Shown here: positions 1 to 8,746 of the stretch, piece after piece
Position numbering within the stretch: the first letter of the stretch is position 1
Layout: every line of letters begins with the position of its first letter
NCBI GenBank assembly: GCA_040326175.1
Contig: JBEQLC010000001.1
Span: forward strand, 1-25,672
DNA length: 25,672 nucleotides
Direction: 5' to 3'
DNA from: Desulfobacteria bacterium
GTDB lineage: Bacteria > Desulfobacterota > Desulfobacteria > Desulfobacterales > C00003060
The notes under the pieces: model-generated
Seen by the model: only the letters and a program-made list of their open reading frames with translations
What the model was told of the DNA's origin: nothing
The model's database searches: none
Program-made: the position numbers and the translations under genes

Positions 1-7
1 AACTGAA

Positions 8-227
8 ATGCCTAAAGTGAGCTAAAGTGTCTAAATAAAGTGCCTAAAGTGAACTAAAGTGCCTAAAGTTAAAAGAAGAAAAACAATGTCTGTAAAAAGC
101 TAATAATTCCAAAAGAAGAGTGGATAGAATGCCTCAAGCTAAAGTAATAAACACAGGTTTTACAAGGGATTTCCTCAAGTTCTTAACTTTAGCTCACTTT
201 AGGCACTTTAGGCATTCTAGCTCACTT
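8..227. repeat. Inverted pair of 9-10 bp tandem arrays (unit GCCTAAAGT/GAGCTAAAGT) around an AT-rich spacer of about 110 bp
   Basis: Left arm 8-72 (ATGCCTAAAGT GAGCTAAAGT ... GCCTAAAGT GAACTAAAGT GCCTAAAGT TAA). Right arm 183-227 is the reverse complement of the same units (TTAA CTTTAGCTC ACTTTAGGC ACTTTAGGC ATTCTAGCTCACTT). The element may be cut by the window edge. Confidence 0.85.
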
Positions 228-1220
228 GAATTTTGCCTGGTGGTCTGAGCAAAGCCGCATCATCATGACCTCCAGGGCCAGCCGCGGATTTGAGTTCCGG
301 GAAATTGCGGCTTGTGCCGAGTTTACAACTTCTATCTTCCCCAACAGTTCACTGATTGATTGCCCCTTTGAGGCATGCTGTATCTTGTCCATTAAGTCCT
401 TATTAATGATCCTTTCAGGTGAAACTTTGTACATAAGAGCATCCCTGAACCAGGTCATAAGCATGTCCAAGGCATCGGCTAACCTGTCTTTATCACCGGA
501 TAAGGTCTCGGCGAAGGCGAAAACAGGCTGAATCGACCTCGTCGAAAAGGATGAAACTTGCTCAAGGAGGCTGGAGCGCCAAACGGTCCACTCTTCTCCG
601 TCTACTGACAGGGCCTTGCCCAGACTTCCCTTCGTCAACACAGCAAGTGTTGTTGCTGTTTCTATCTCCAGCCCGCGCAGATCCACAAGCACCTCAGCGA
701 CCTTGTCATACGGAATCGGCTTGAAAGCTACTTGCTGGCACCTGGAGACGATGGTGGGCAGAAGGTCCGTTGTCTGGGTTGCCGTGAGAATCAGCATAGT
801 GTGTCTGGGCGGTTCTTCTAAGATCTTTAGAATAGCATTCGATGCTTGAAGGTTCATTGCCTGTGCGTCATTGATGATTACGATCCGTTTGTTTCCCTCA
901 AGGGGCGCAAATCTGAGTTCCCTAGATACATCCCGGACTTGGTCGATCTTGATAAAGACACCGGCTGGTTTTACGGTGATCATGTCCGGGTGGGATCCAG
1001 AGATTATCTTGTGACATGAGAGACACTCTCCACAAGCCGACACGCCCGCAGGGCTCAAGCAGTTGAGGGCCATGCCCAGGGCTACAGCCGTTTTTCGTTT
1101 GCCGATTCCATCGATCCCTGTGAACAACAAGGAGTGAGGAATGCTCCCTTTTTGGAGCATTTGGGTCAAGAACCGGATGGGGCGATCCTGCCCAATGATA
1201 GATTCAAAGGTCATCCGCAT
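222..1220 (-). CDS. holB: DNA polymerase III delta-prime subunit
   Basis: Starts FESIIGQ; HSLLFTGIDGIGK P-loop-like segment; zinc motif C...ACGECLSC; SGSHPD; IKIDQVR; ANAILKILEEPP-type motif (SNAILKILEEPP); sensor TIVSRC. The start could be 1220 or 1214. Confidence 0.93.
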   Translation of the reverse strand: MRMTFESIIGQDRPIRFLTQMLQKGSIPHSLLFTGIDGIGKRKTAVALGMALNCLSPAGVSACGECLSCHKIISGSHPDMITVKPAGVFIKIDQVRDVSRELRFAPLEGNKRIVIINDAQAMNLQASNAILKILEEPPRHTMLILTATQTTDLLPTIVSRCQQVAFKPIPYDKVAEVLVDLRGLEIETATTLAVLTKGSLGKALSVDGEEWTVWRSSLLEQVSSFSTRSIQPVFAFAETLSGDKDRLADALDMLMTWFRDALMYKVSPERIINKDLMDKIQHASKGQSISELLGKIEVVNSAQAAISRNSNPRLALEVMMMRLCSDHQAKFK

Positions 1221-1767
1221 CTGCCTTCTCTGTAAACCACCACTCGTCAGAAGCAGTCTTTAGAATTTCCTTTGCCAACGATTTACCAACACTGGTTTTC
1301 ATTCGATGCACTACATGCGGAAGCCAGCCCTCCGGCCCATTATTGCCTGTATCATGCAAGGCTTTTAGTTCCAGTATTAGCGCTAACTGGTCTGCGTCGT
1401 GGGCAAGCTGGGCTTCCAGAGTCTTTGCCGCATTAAACTCTTCAATGAGATCACCCACCGCCTGACCAAAGGGAAGGTTCTCGGTCAGATCCGCAATAGC
1501 CTGGGATTCGTCCACCGAAAGGTATTTCTTTTGAACATAGTTGAGATCGCCCGTTCTGGCCTCTGTGAGGTCATGGATCAGGCACATCTGCAGCAGTTTG
1601 AGAGCGTTCGCTTCAGGGACGATTTGTGAGAAGACGAATCCGATGAAACTGGCAACGAAGCTATGGTCAGCTACTGACTCGCTACCAGATCCCAAGAAGT
1701 GAAACCCGGATCTGGGGATGTCTTTCAGAATCCTTGCCTCAAAGAGCAGATTTGCTATGGCTTTCAT
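1204..1767 (-). CDS. HD-domain phosphohydrolase, YfbR/HDDC2-like 5'-deoxynucleotidase family
   Basis: LKDIPRSG, ESVADHS, CLIHDLTEARTGD and HDADQL motifs typical of HD_3-family proteins. The stop overlaps the holB start. Confidence 0.85.
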   Translation of the reverse strand: MKAIANLLFEARILKDIPRSGFHFLGSGSESVADHSFVASFIGFVFSQIVPEANALKLLQMCLIHDLTEARTGDLNYVQKKYLSVDESQAIADLTENLPFGQAVGDLIEEFNAAKTLEAQLAHDADQLALILELKALHDTGNNGPEGWLPHVVHRMKTSVGKSLAKEILKTASDEWWFTEKADADDL

Positions 1768-1852
1768 AATGTCTACCGTTTTTTGGAAAAGGTTTGTTAG
1801 TAATTATTTGACGTCCTTATTGCGTCATTTCTATGGCGATCAAGTAAAAGCT

Positions 1853-1890
1853 CAGGGCGCATGGCTCAAGACGCAGGGCGCTTGAGCCTG
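1853..1890. repeat. 7-bp-period tandem array with a short inverted arm
   Basis: CAGGGCG CATGGCT CAAGACG CAGGGCG followed by CTTGAGCCTG. GCTCAAG (1864-1870) pairs with CTTGAGC (1881-1887). Confidence 0.6.
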
Positions 1891-2005
1891 GTCGTTTTGA
1901 CCGCAACGCTGTGAACATCCCCTAATACTCCGTTACAACCCGAGAGCCTTTTTCGTAAGGCCTACATTTATACAATTGGCGCTACGAAGGCAACCCGAAA
2001 ATGAC

Positions 2006-2034
2006 TTGACACCCTTATGTGCCTCATATAACTT
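2006..2034 (+). promoter_or_regulatory. sigma70-type promoter for the tol-pal operon
   Basis: TTGACA (2006-2011), 17 bp spacer, TAACTT (2029-2034), 45 bp upstream of the tolQ ATG. Confidence 0.6.
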
Positions 2035-2078
2035 TCGCTCAAAATTGCATATTTCGCAATATGTTCGAGAGGAGCGCC

Positions 2079-2804
2079 ATGCCAGTCGGAACCAGCAGTG
2101 AAATCATCCAGATGATTCTTTACGCAGGCCCCATGGTGCGGTTTGTCCTGTTGCTTTTGTTGTTTTTCTCAGTAGTGTCCTGGGCCATCATCTTCGCAAA
2201 GCATTTCTCTATTAGGAAGGCACGCAAAGAATCGGCCCGGTTTCTTGATCTCTTCTGGAACAGCCGTGATCTTTCTGAGGCGTTTGCATCCTCAACGCGT
2301 CTCAAGAGCAGTCCCTTAGCGAAAGTGTTTTGTGTGGCTTATGTTGAGCTTAAAAAGGTCAATAGATCGCAATCATCCTCCACAGGTGATGAGGTGACAG
2401 GCCAGGCGTCGCTGAGTCAAAAGATGGTTGGGGTTGACAACGTTAAACGGGCGCTTCGACGGGCTGTGAACATGGAACTCACTGGACTGGGCAAGGCGCT
2501 CCCTTTTTTGGCAACGACCGGGAATACAACACCTTTCATAGGCCTTTTCGGCACTGTTTGGGGGATCATGAATGCCTTTACCGGAATTGGCTTGAAGGGT
2601 TCTGCAAACTTGGCCGTTGTGGCCCCGGGAATTTCAGAGGCTCTCATTGCCACGGCTGCGGGACTGGCTGCTGCAATACCGGCGGTTGTGGCATATAATT
2701 ATTTCACAAATAAGGTTCGTATTCTGGAGTCGGAAATGCACAATTTTTCTGCTGACTTCTTGAATCTCATAGAACGTGATCTGATAAGGCGAGGGGGGGC
2801 ATAG
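2079..2804 (+). CDS. tolQ: TolQ (MotA/TolQ/ExbB proton channel)
   Basis: FLATTGNTTPFIGLFGTVWGIM and VVAPGISEALIATAAGLAAAIPAV signatures. Start moved to ATG 2079, behind the GAGAGGAG RBS (2067-2074). Confidence 0.95.
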   Translation: MPVGTSSEIIQMILYAGPMVRFVLLLLLFFSVVSWAIIFAKHFSIRKARKESARFLDLFWNSRDLSEAFASSTRLKSSPLAKVFCVAYVELKKVNRSQSSSTGDEVTGQASLSQKMVGVDNVKRALRRAVNMELTGLGKALPFLATTGNTTPFIGLFGTVWGIMNAFTGIGLKGSANLAVVAPGISEALIATAAGLAAAIPAVVAYNYFTNKVRILESEMHNFSADFLNLIERDLIRRGGA

Positions 2805-2808
2805 ACTC

Positions 2809-3231
2809 ATGGCTATGGAACGAGGCAACAGCCCTTTCATGTCGGATATCAACGTAACACCGCTGGTAGATGTGATGTTGGTACTCCTTATCATTTTCAT
2901 GGTTACGGCTCCCATGATGATGCAGGGGGTCAATGTGTCACTACCTAAGACCACATCCAAGCCCCTTCCGTCAGAAAAGGAACATCTAATCATCACTGTC
3001 GACCGCAGCCAGCAGATCTATATCAATGATTATAAGGTAGGGCTGGAGGCCCTCCAGGCCAAACTGAAAAAGATCTATGAGGGCCGTTCCGATGAGAAGG
3101 TTTACCTCCGAGCTGACAAGGGGGTACCATACGGGGTCGTCGTGCGAGTTATGTCAGAGGTGAAGAACGCTGGCGTGGAAAGGCTGGGAATGGTCACCGA
3201 GCCTTTGAAAGAGACAACTAAGAGCCGATAG
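2809..3231 (+). CDS. tolR: TolR (ExbD/TolR family)
   Basis: SDINVTPLVDVMLVLLIIFMVTAPMM signature; VYLRADKGVPYG; follows tolQ by 4 bp. Confidence 0.95.
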   Translation: MAMERGNSPFMSDINVTPLVDVMLVLLIIFMVTAPMMMQGVNVSLPKTTSKPLPSEKEHLIITVDRSQQIYINDYKVGLEALQAKLKKIYEGRSDEKVYLRADKGVPYGVVVRVMSEVKNAGVERLGMVTEPLKETTKSR

Positions 3232-3248
3232 CATGAAGAACTGAACCC

Positions 3249-4091
3249 ATGCCTGCCCGTACAGATGCTTTGGACCAAGACCGTGTCACAGTCCGAATCT
3301 GGGTCGGGATGACGGGCCTTTCCATACTGTGCCATGTCCTTTTCTTCTCGGGTGTTATCCTTCTGCCGCAGGTACGACTTGATAGAGACTACATACCTTC
3401 TTCAGTTGAGGTAGATTTGGTCAGCCACCCGCCAGCGGTATCCAGGTCACAGAGAGCCCCTTATCATGCACCCCTTCCCGCAAGGCCGGAGAAAACACCA
3501 AAAGCAGTGCAAGAACCTATTCAGGCCGTAAAGCCTGCAGAGGTATCTGAGCAGCCGGCGTCAATGGCCCCAAAGCCGCTGGAAGTCAAAAGGTCGCTCA
3601 AGAAAAAGACCTATGATGCATCGAAGGTGATCAAGAGTGCTATTGCAAGAATCGAGAAAGAAGCCCCCAAATCAAGGCCCCATTCCGTGCTTGAAGCCAT
3701 TGGTAAGCTGGAACAGGAAGTCAAAAGTCAGGAAGGTGTGATAATCAGGGGAGGGTTGGCCTCAGGCGGAGCGAGTAAGAAGACGGTGGAACTTCTGGAT
3801 ATTTACAACGCAGAAATTTGGCACCGGATACAGAAAAACTGGGCTTTTTCCAATGAGATGGCCAGGGGCCGCACGGGCCTGGAAGCCACCATAATAGTGA
3901 AGATCATGAAGAGAGGCGAGATAAGGGATGTCTGGTTTGAAAAGAGGTCGGGCAACAGCTATTTTGACGATTCAGTCTTTAAGGCTGTGAAAAAAGCTGA
4001 TCCACTGCCCCCGCTTCCTGAAGGATATCGCGGGCCTTTTTATGAGGTCGGTTTCAGATTCAACCTTTCTGAATTACAGAGGGGATTCTGA
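3249..4091 (+). CDS. tolA: TolA / TonB-family energy transducer
   Basis: N-terminal TM helix with an S-x3-H motif (SILCH), a Pro/Lys/Glu-rich linker and a TonB-C-like end (IQKNW...SGNSYFDDSVFKAVKKADPLPPLP). It lies between tolR and tolB. The exact start is uncertain. Confidence 0.82.
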   Translation: MPARTDALDQDRVTVRIWVGMTGLSILCHVLFFSGVILLPQVRLDRDYIPSSVEVDLVSHPPAVSRSQRAPYHAPLPARPEKTPKAVQEPIQAVKPAEVSEQPASMAPKPLEVKRSLKKKTYDASKVIKSAIARIEKEAPKSRPHSVLEAIGKLEQEVKSQEGVIIRGGLASGGASKKTVELLDIYNAEIWHRIQKNWAFSNEMARGRTGLEATIIVKIMKRGEIRDVWFEKRSGNSYFDDSVFKAVKKADPLPPLPEGYRGPFYEVGFRFNLSELQRGF

Positions 4092-4198
4092 TTTTTTGTG
4101 GAGCTGGTTTCAAAGCCCGTTTGTATATGATTATCAGGGATAATGGGCATAGCACTAAATGCTTCCTGGGCATTAATATTTTGGAGGGTTGAAAAAAG

Positions 4199-5524
4199 TT
4201 GAAGAGATCACATCTATCTGTACTTCTGGCACTTTTTGTCATACTGGTTGTCTGTTTAAACAGGCCTTGCCAGGCGAGGGTCTATATCGATATTAACGCC
4301 CCGTATCTGAGGAAAATCCCAACTGCCATCCCGATTTTCAAAGACATGAGCGGAGGGCAGCCCAACAGTCAGCTTGCTAAAACCCTTTCTGAACTCCTGA
4401 CAGAATCAACAGACTTTACCGGTTTTTTCAAAATTCTAGATCGCGAAAGTTTTCTCGAAGACCCCCAAGAAGCTGGTCTAGTGCAGCGTGAAATAAATTT
4501 CAAGAACTGGACCGACGTCGGCGCCGAACTCCTAATAAAGTGCGGGTTCAAGTACAACGGGGACCTGCTTGAGATGGAACTGCGGCTGTTTGATGCCTTT
4601 GATGGCCGTCTAATTATGGGCAAACGATACACAGGTCGACAGGAGGACAAGAGGCGTATTATCCATCGGTTCTGTGATGAAATGATCCTTCGTCTGACGG
4701 GCCACCGCGGCATTTTCAGTAGTCAGATTGGGTTTGTGTCGACCACCACAGGGCCCAAGGAGATTTACATTGCAGATTTCGACGGATACAACCCAAGACG
4801 GTTTACAAACACCGGAACGATTACGCTGTTTCCTGCCTGGTCCTCAGATGGCAAGTGGCTGGCTTATACGGATTACAGGCATGGAAAACCGGATATTTTC
4901 ATAAGACACATCAAGGAGAAGCGGGGCACGGTGGTCAGTCTCAAGGGATCGACAAGTATCACTCCGGCTTGGGTTCCAGGACAATTTGCACTGGCGGCAT
5001 CTCTTTCCCATGAAGGCAACCCATCGATCTATCTGTTGAGTGGAAACGGGAAGGTCATGAGGAAATTGACACGACATTGGGGTATTGATGTTGCCCCTAC
5101 ATGGTCGCCTGATGGTAAAAAGTTTGCCTTTGTTTCAAACCGATCCGGATCTCCCCAGATTTACGTAAAGAACGTCGCAGGCGGCAATGCCCGCAGGCTT
5201 ACCTATGAAGGACGCTACAATACCTCACCCCAGTGGTCACCCCGGGGCAATTTCATAGCTTACGTTGGTTTGAGCAAGGGTAACTTTGATATTTACCTTA
5301 TAGGGGCGGAAGGACAGGGCCCAATTCAACTGACCCAGGATGCCGGGAATAATGAATCGCCAACGTGGTCTCCGGATGGGACTCTCATTGCCTTTAGCTC
5401 GACCAGAGAAGGGCCATCCAGGATCTATGTGATGAATGCTAATGGGACTGACCAGCGTCGCCTCTTGATCCTTAATGGTGAACAGACCAGCCCGAGTTGG
5501 TCGCCTAGGCTCACTGGTTACTGA
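4199..5524 (+). CDS. tolB: TolB periplasmic beta-propeller protein
   Basis: Signal peptide, TolB N-domain and repeated PxWSPDG (PD40) motifs. TTG start with GGAGG at 4183-4187. Confidence 0.95.
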   Translation: MKRSHLSVLLALFVILVVCLNRPCQARVYIDINAPYLRKIPTAIPIFKDMSGGQPNSQLAKTLSELLTESTDFTGFFKILDRESFLEDPQEAGLVQREINFKNWTDVGAELLIKCGFKYNGDLLEMELRLFDAFDGRLIMGKRYTGRQEDKRRIIHRFCDEMILRLTGHRGIFSSQIGFVSTTTGPKEIYIADFDGYNPRRFTNTGTITLFPAWSSDGKWLAYTDYRHGKPDIFIRHIKEKRGTVVSLKGSTSITPAWVPGQFALAASLSHEGNPSIYLLSGNGKVMRKLTRHWGIDVAPTWSPDGKKFAFVSNRSGSPQIYVKNVAGGNARRLTYEGRYNTSPQWSPRGNFIAYVGLSKGNFDIYLIGAEGQGPIQLTQDAGNNESPTWSPDGTLIAFSSTREGPSRIYVMNANGTDQRRLLILNGEQTSPSWSPRLTGY

Positions 5525-5715
5525 AATCCCGAAGAGATTCCGGAATTTGGGCACTTGACTTTTTCCCGGGTTTCAAGTAACCAGCAGATTCCAGGAACCG
5601 AGATAGCTTTTGAACTGCTACAGCGAGTTTCAATATAAATCAGCTTCTGTGAGGCACACACTTTTGGGCAACAGCTTGTTGGTTCTTTAACTTTTGCTTC
5701 AGAGGAGGTAAGATT

Positions 5716-6261
5716 ATGACAAAGAGGTTCTGGATAGGTTTGGCGTTTTTGTTGGTTATTCCGGGGCTCATATTTACAGCTTCCTGTGCCAAGAAACAGG
5801 TTAAGTCTGAGCCTGCGGTGACTGGGACGGAGGACGCTGGGGCAAAACGTCTGGAAGGGGACGCCCAAGCAACGGCCCTGGAAGAGGAGCGTTTGCGGGA
5901 GCAGCGTGCAGAGATGGCTGCGAGGCAAAAGTTCCAGAATGAAGATATCCACTTCGAATTTGATAAGTCAGGACTCTTGCCTGAGGCCAAGCGTATTCTT
6001 AGGGATAAGGCAAAATGGATGATGGCACACCCTGACGCCTCAGTCATTGTTGAAGGCCATTGTGATGAACGCGGGACCAATGAGTACAATATGGCCCTGG
6101 GCGATCGCCGTGCTAGTAGTACTAAAAGTTTTCTGGTTAATGTAGGGATTGCATCTCAACGCCTGACGACCATTAGTTATGGCGAGGAGAAACCTCTTGA
6201 TCCAGCCAGCAATAATGAGGCATGGGACAAGAATAGACGAGCTCATTTTGTTTTAGAGTAG
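5716..6261 (+). CDS. pal: Peptidoglycan-associated lipoprotein Pal
   Basis: Lipobox FTAS-C; IHFEFDKS; VEGHCDERGTNEYNMALGDRRA; SYGEEKP; NRRAHF; AGGAGG RBS. Confidence 0.96.
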   Translation: MTKRFWIGLAFLLVIPGLIFTASCAKKQVKSEPAVTGTEDAGAKRLEGDAQATALEEERLREQRAEMAARQKFQNEDIHFEFDKSGLLPEAKRILRDKAKWMMAHPDASVIVEGHCDERGTNEYNMALGDRRASSTKSFLVNVGIASQRLTTISYGEEKPLDPASNNEAWDKNRRAHFVLE

Positions 6262-6445
6262 ACTATTAGTAAAATCATCATCGGCTTTTCCGTTGATCTC
6301 TCAGGAAAAGGATCAGAGGAAAAGTCTCGCTTCAACTTTTTTCTCAAGAGAAGATACCTGACCCCTTTTATGCCAGGAGCAAAGATTCTAATCTCTCAAA
6401 GTGCCTGAACTTAGCCAATTTGCAAATTTCAAAGGGTCCAAAGGA

Positions 6446-7273
6446 ATGAGCAAGAAGATAGGTGCATCGTGGATGGCCCTTGTAGTATTTGGGCTCATCT
6501 TATTGGGCGGCTGCGCCTTCCAGGACGATCTTGTAACGGTCAATGACCGAGTGATATCCTTGGAGCGGGAGAAGGCATCGCTTCGGTCTGAAGTTGAGCG
6601 TTATCAAGAAGAGCGGGCAAAGTCCGATCAGGACTCTCGCGACAGATATGCTGAGCTCCATGCGCTCGCAGATGACCTCAGAAACGAAATGGGACAATTT
6701 CGTGGAGAGTTGGAACAAAGCCAATATGGTGCCGGTAAGTTGGAGACCCGCTTACAGGGCCTGGAAGAGTCTCTTCAAAGCACCATAGATCGACTTGTCC
6801 GGATAGAACAATATCTGGGGATGGAGCCTTCAGAAAACCTTGTCGCTTCGGATGCAGACCAGGATGAACCTGAAAAGGGAGACGAGGGAGTAGGGGAAAC
6901 CCCAGAAGCCCTCTATTCCATGGCCAAACAACGCTTTGACAGGGGTGAGTATGAGAATGCTCGAGAATTGTTTCGGTCCTTTTTGAAGCAGTATCCGAAG
7001 TCCGAAATGGCTGACAGTGCGCAGTTCTGGCTTGGCGAGATCTACTATCACGAGAAGTGGTACGAAAAGGCCATACTAGAATATCAAAAGGTGATTGAAG
7101 GCTACCCCAAGGGGAATAAGACCCCCAGCGCCCTGCTTAAGCAAGGTTTGGCCTTTCTTAATCTCGGTGACAACGCGAATGCGGGGCTTATCTTAAAGGA
7201 ATTGATTCGAAAATTTCCGGATTCCAACGAGGCTAATGTCGCCAAGAACAAATTGAAGACATTAAAAGATTGA
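6446..7273 (+). CDS. cpoB: CpoB/YbgF (tol-pal associated coiled-coil + TPR protein), predicted lipoprotein
   Basis: Follows pal; coiled-coil N-half; TPR C-half (AQFWLGEIYY, YPKGNKTPSALLKQG); lipobox LLGG-C. Start placed at ATG 6446, with some uncertainty. Confidence 0.88.
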   Translation: MSKKIGASWMALVVFGLILLGGCAFQDDLVTVNDRVISLEREKASLRSEVERYQEERAKSDQDSRDRYAELHALADDLRNEMGQFRGELEQSQYGAGKLETRLQGLEESLQSTIDRLVRIEQYLGMEPSENLVASDADQDEPEKGDEGVGETPEALYSMAKQRFDRGEYENARELFRSFLKQYPKSEMADSAQFWLGEIYYHEKWYEKAILEYQKVIEGYPKGNKTPSALLKQGLAFLNLGDNANAGLILKELIRKFPDSNEANVAKNKLKTLKD

Positions 7274-7291
7274 CGGGGCCGGCACCTGGGT

Positions 7292-7777
7292 TTGAAACCA
7301 GCACTTACGGTTATCGGAATAGATCCTGGCCTAGCCGCAACAGGTTATGGGATAGTCCAAGGATCTGGTTCCCGGATTAGAGAATATACCTTCGGCACGA
7401 TTCGAACTTCAAAGGCCGAGACCTTGCCTGACAGGCTGCAACAAATTTTTTCTGAGCTTTGTTCCGTCCTTAATTCCCAGAAACCCGACCTGATGGTCAT
7501 CGAAGACATCTTTTCCGTCAAGCAATTCCCTAAATCGGGTATTACCCTCGGAAAGGTGTGCGGGGTAATACTGCTGGCGTGTTCTCAGTGCCGCATAGCG
7601 GTAATTGAGGTCCCTGTTCGGGAAGTCAAGCGAATACTGACCGGAAACGGCAATGCCACAAAGAGTCAGATGGAGAGGGCGGTCAGGCATCTCTTGAAGA
7701 GAGATACACCCATTACGCCGTCACACGCATCTGACGCCGTAGCCCTCGCCCTGGTGGGCATGTTCAGGCATGCATAG
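7292..7777 (+). CDS. ruvC: Holliday junction resolvase RuvC
   Basis: VIGIDPGLAATGYG, MVIEDIF, GNGNATKSQM and HASDAVALA catalytic motifs; TTG start. Confidence 0.95.
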   Translation: MKPALTVIGIDPGLAATGYGIVQGSGSRIREYTFGTIRTSKAETLPDRLQQIFSELCSVLNSQKPDLMVIEDIFSVKQFPKSGITLGKVCGVILLACSQCRIAVIEVPVREVKRILTGNGNATKSQMERAVRHLLKRDTPITPSHASDAVALALVGMFRHA

Positions 7778-8024
7778 AAGCCATTTCAAAACCCCATCTA
7801 ACGCTCGATGGCTGTGTTGAAAACCTGTTGTTTTGCTGCGCAAAACTTAAATCTAAGCGCCTAATCGCGCCCTTAAGTACTCGCTTCGCTTTGTACTTAA
7901 GGCCATCCCGCCAATGGCGGTCTGGCGGTTTATGCAAAATGCTCACATACTCCCGTGTATGCTGCGCTTTTTCATCGGCTTTCGCCTTGCCCTCGAACGC
8001 GATCTGAGGTTTTGCAATGGCTTC
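7777..8024. mobile_element. 248-bp MITE with 17-bp terminal inverted repeats and TA duplication
   Basis: GAAGCCATTTCAAAACC (7777-7793) matches the reverse complement of GGTTTTGCAATGGCTTC (8008-8024) at 16/17. TA lies at 7775-7776 and 8025-8026. There are several internal hairpins and no transposase. Confidence 0.88.
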
Positions 8025-8128
8025 TAATTACCCTAACGTTGCATAAACAACACGCCTGGGGTATTGAGTATGCGATAATACCCACCAGTTGTAGCGGTTT
8101 TAAGGCCCAGGGATAACAGAGGCAGAAG

Positions 8129-8746
8129 ATGATTGGATATTTGGAAGGCAAATTGCTAAAGAAGGATGAGGATCGAATCTTGCTGCTGAACAATCAAATT
8201 GGTTACGAAATACTTCTGCCTTTTTTTGTCAGAAAGACCTTTAATGCCAAAAAGACTGGAGACGAGGTTGCCCTGTACATCCACTATCACCAGACTGAGC
8301 GACAGCCTAAGCCGACGCTGATCGGTTTCAACTTAGAGGTGGAGAGGGAGTTCTTCCGTCACTTCATTTCGGTCGAAGATATAGGACCCATGAAGGCGGT
8401 TCAGGCCCTCTCAGTGCCGGTTCGCGATATTGCCAGGGCGATCGAATCGAGGGACTCGTCGTATCTTGAGCGATTGAAGGGGATAGGTAATAGGACAGCC
8501 CAGAAGATTCTGGCTACCCTGGAAGGTAAGGTGGCCAAGTTTGCCTTGATCCGTCAGGCCGAAGAGCCTACCGCGGCTCCCATTTCTGAAGATTTTGTTG
8601 ATCAGGTGCAGGAAGTCCTTTCAAAACAGCTTGGCCATAAGGTAAGAGAGACCAGGGAGATGATAGCCGCAGCCTTAAGAAGAAACAGGAACATAGCCAC
8701 AGCAGAGGAGCTGTTTGAAGAAGTCTATCGCGGAGAGACCTCCTGA
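8129..8746 (+). CDS. ruvA: Holliday junction DNA-binding protein RuvA
   Basis: MIGYLEGKL start, QIGYEI, and two HhH motifs ([21 protein letters not shown]). It lies between ruvC and ruvB. The C-terminal domain is divergent. Confidence 0.88.
   Translation: MIGYLEGKLLKKDEDRILLLNNQIGYEILLPFFVRKTFNAKKTGDEVALYIHYHQTERQPKPTLIGFNLEVEREFFRHFISVEDIGPMKAVQALSVPVRDIARAIESRDSSYLERLKGIGNRTAQKILATLEGKVAKFALIRQAEEPTAAPISEDFVDQVQEVLSKQLGHKVRETREMIAAALRRNRNIATAEELFEEVYRGETS

Noticed and set aside
1779-1800. TTTTTTGGAAAAGGTTTGTTAG as another MITE end
   Set aside because: Only loosely similar to the GA...CAAAA ends, lacks the terminal GA and has no partner end.
6306-6369. AAAAGGATCAG ... CTGACCCCTTTT inverted pair between pal and cpoB
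   Set aside because: Short and imperfect. It could be a decayed REP-like element but cannot be supported from this window alone.
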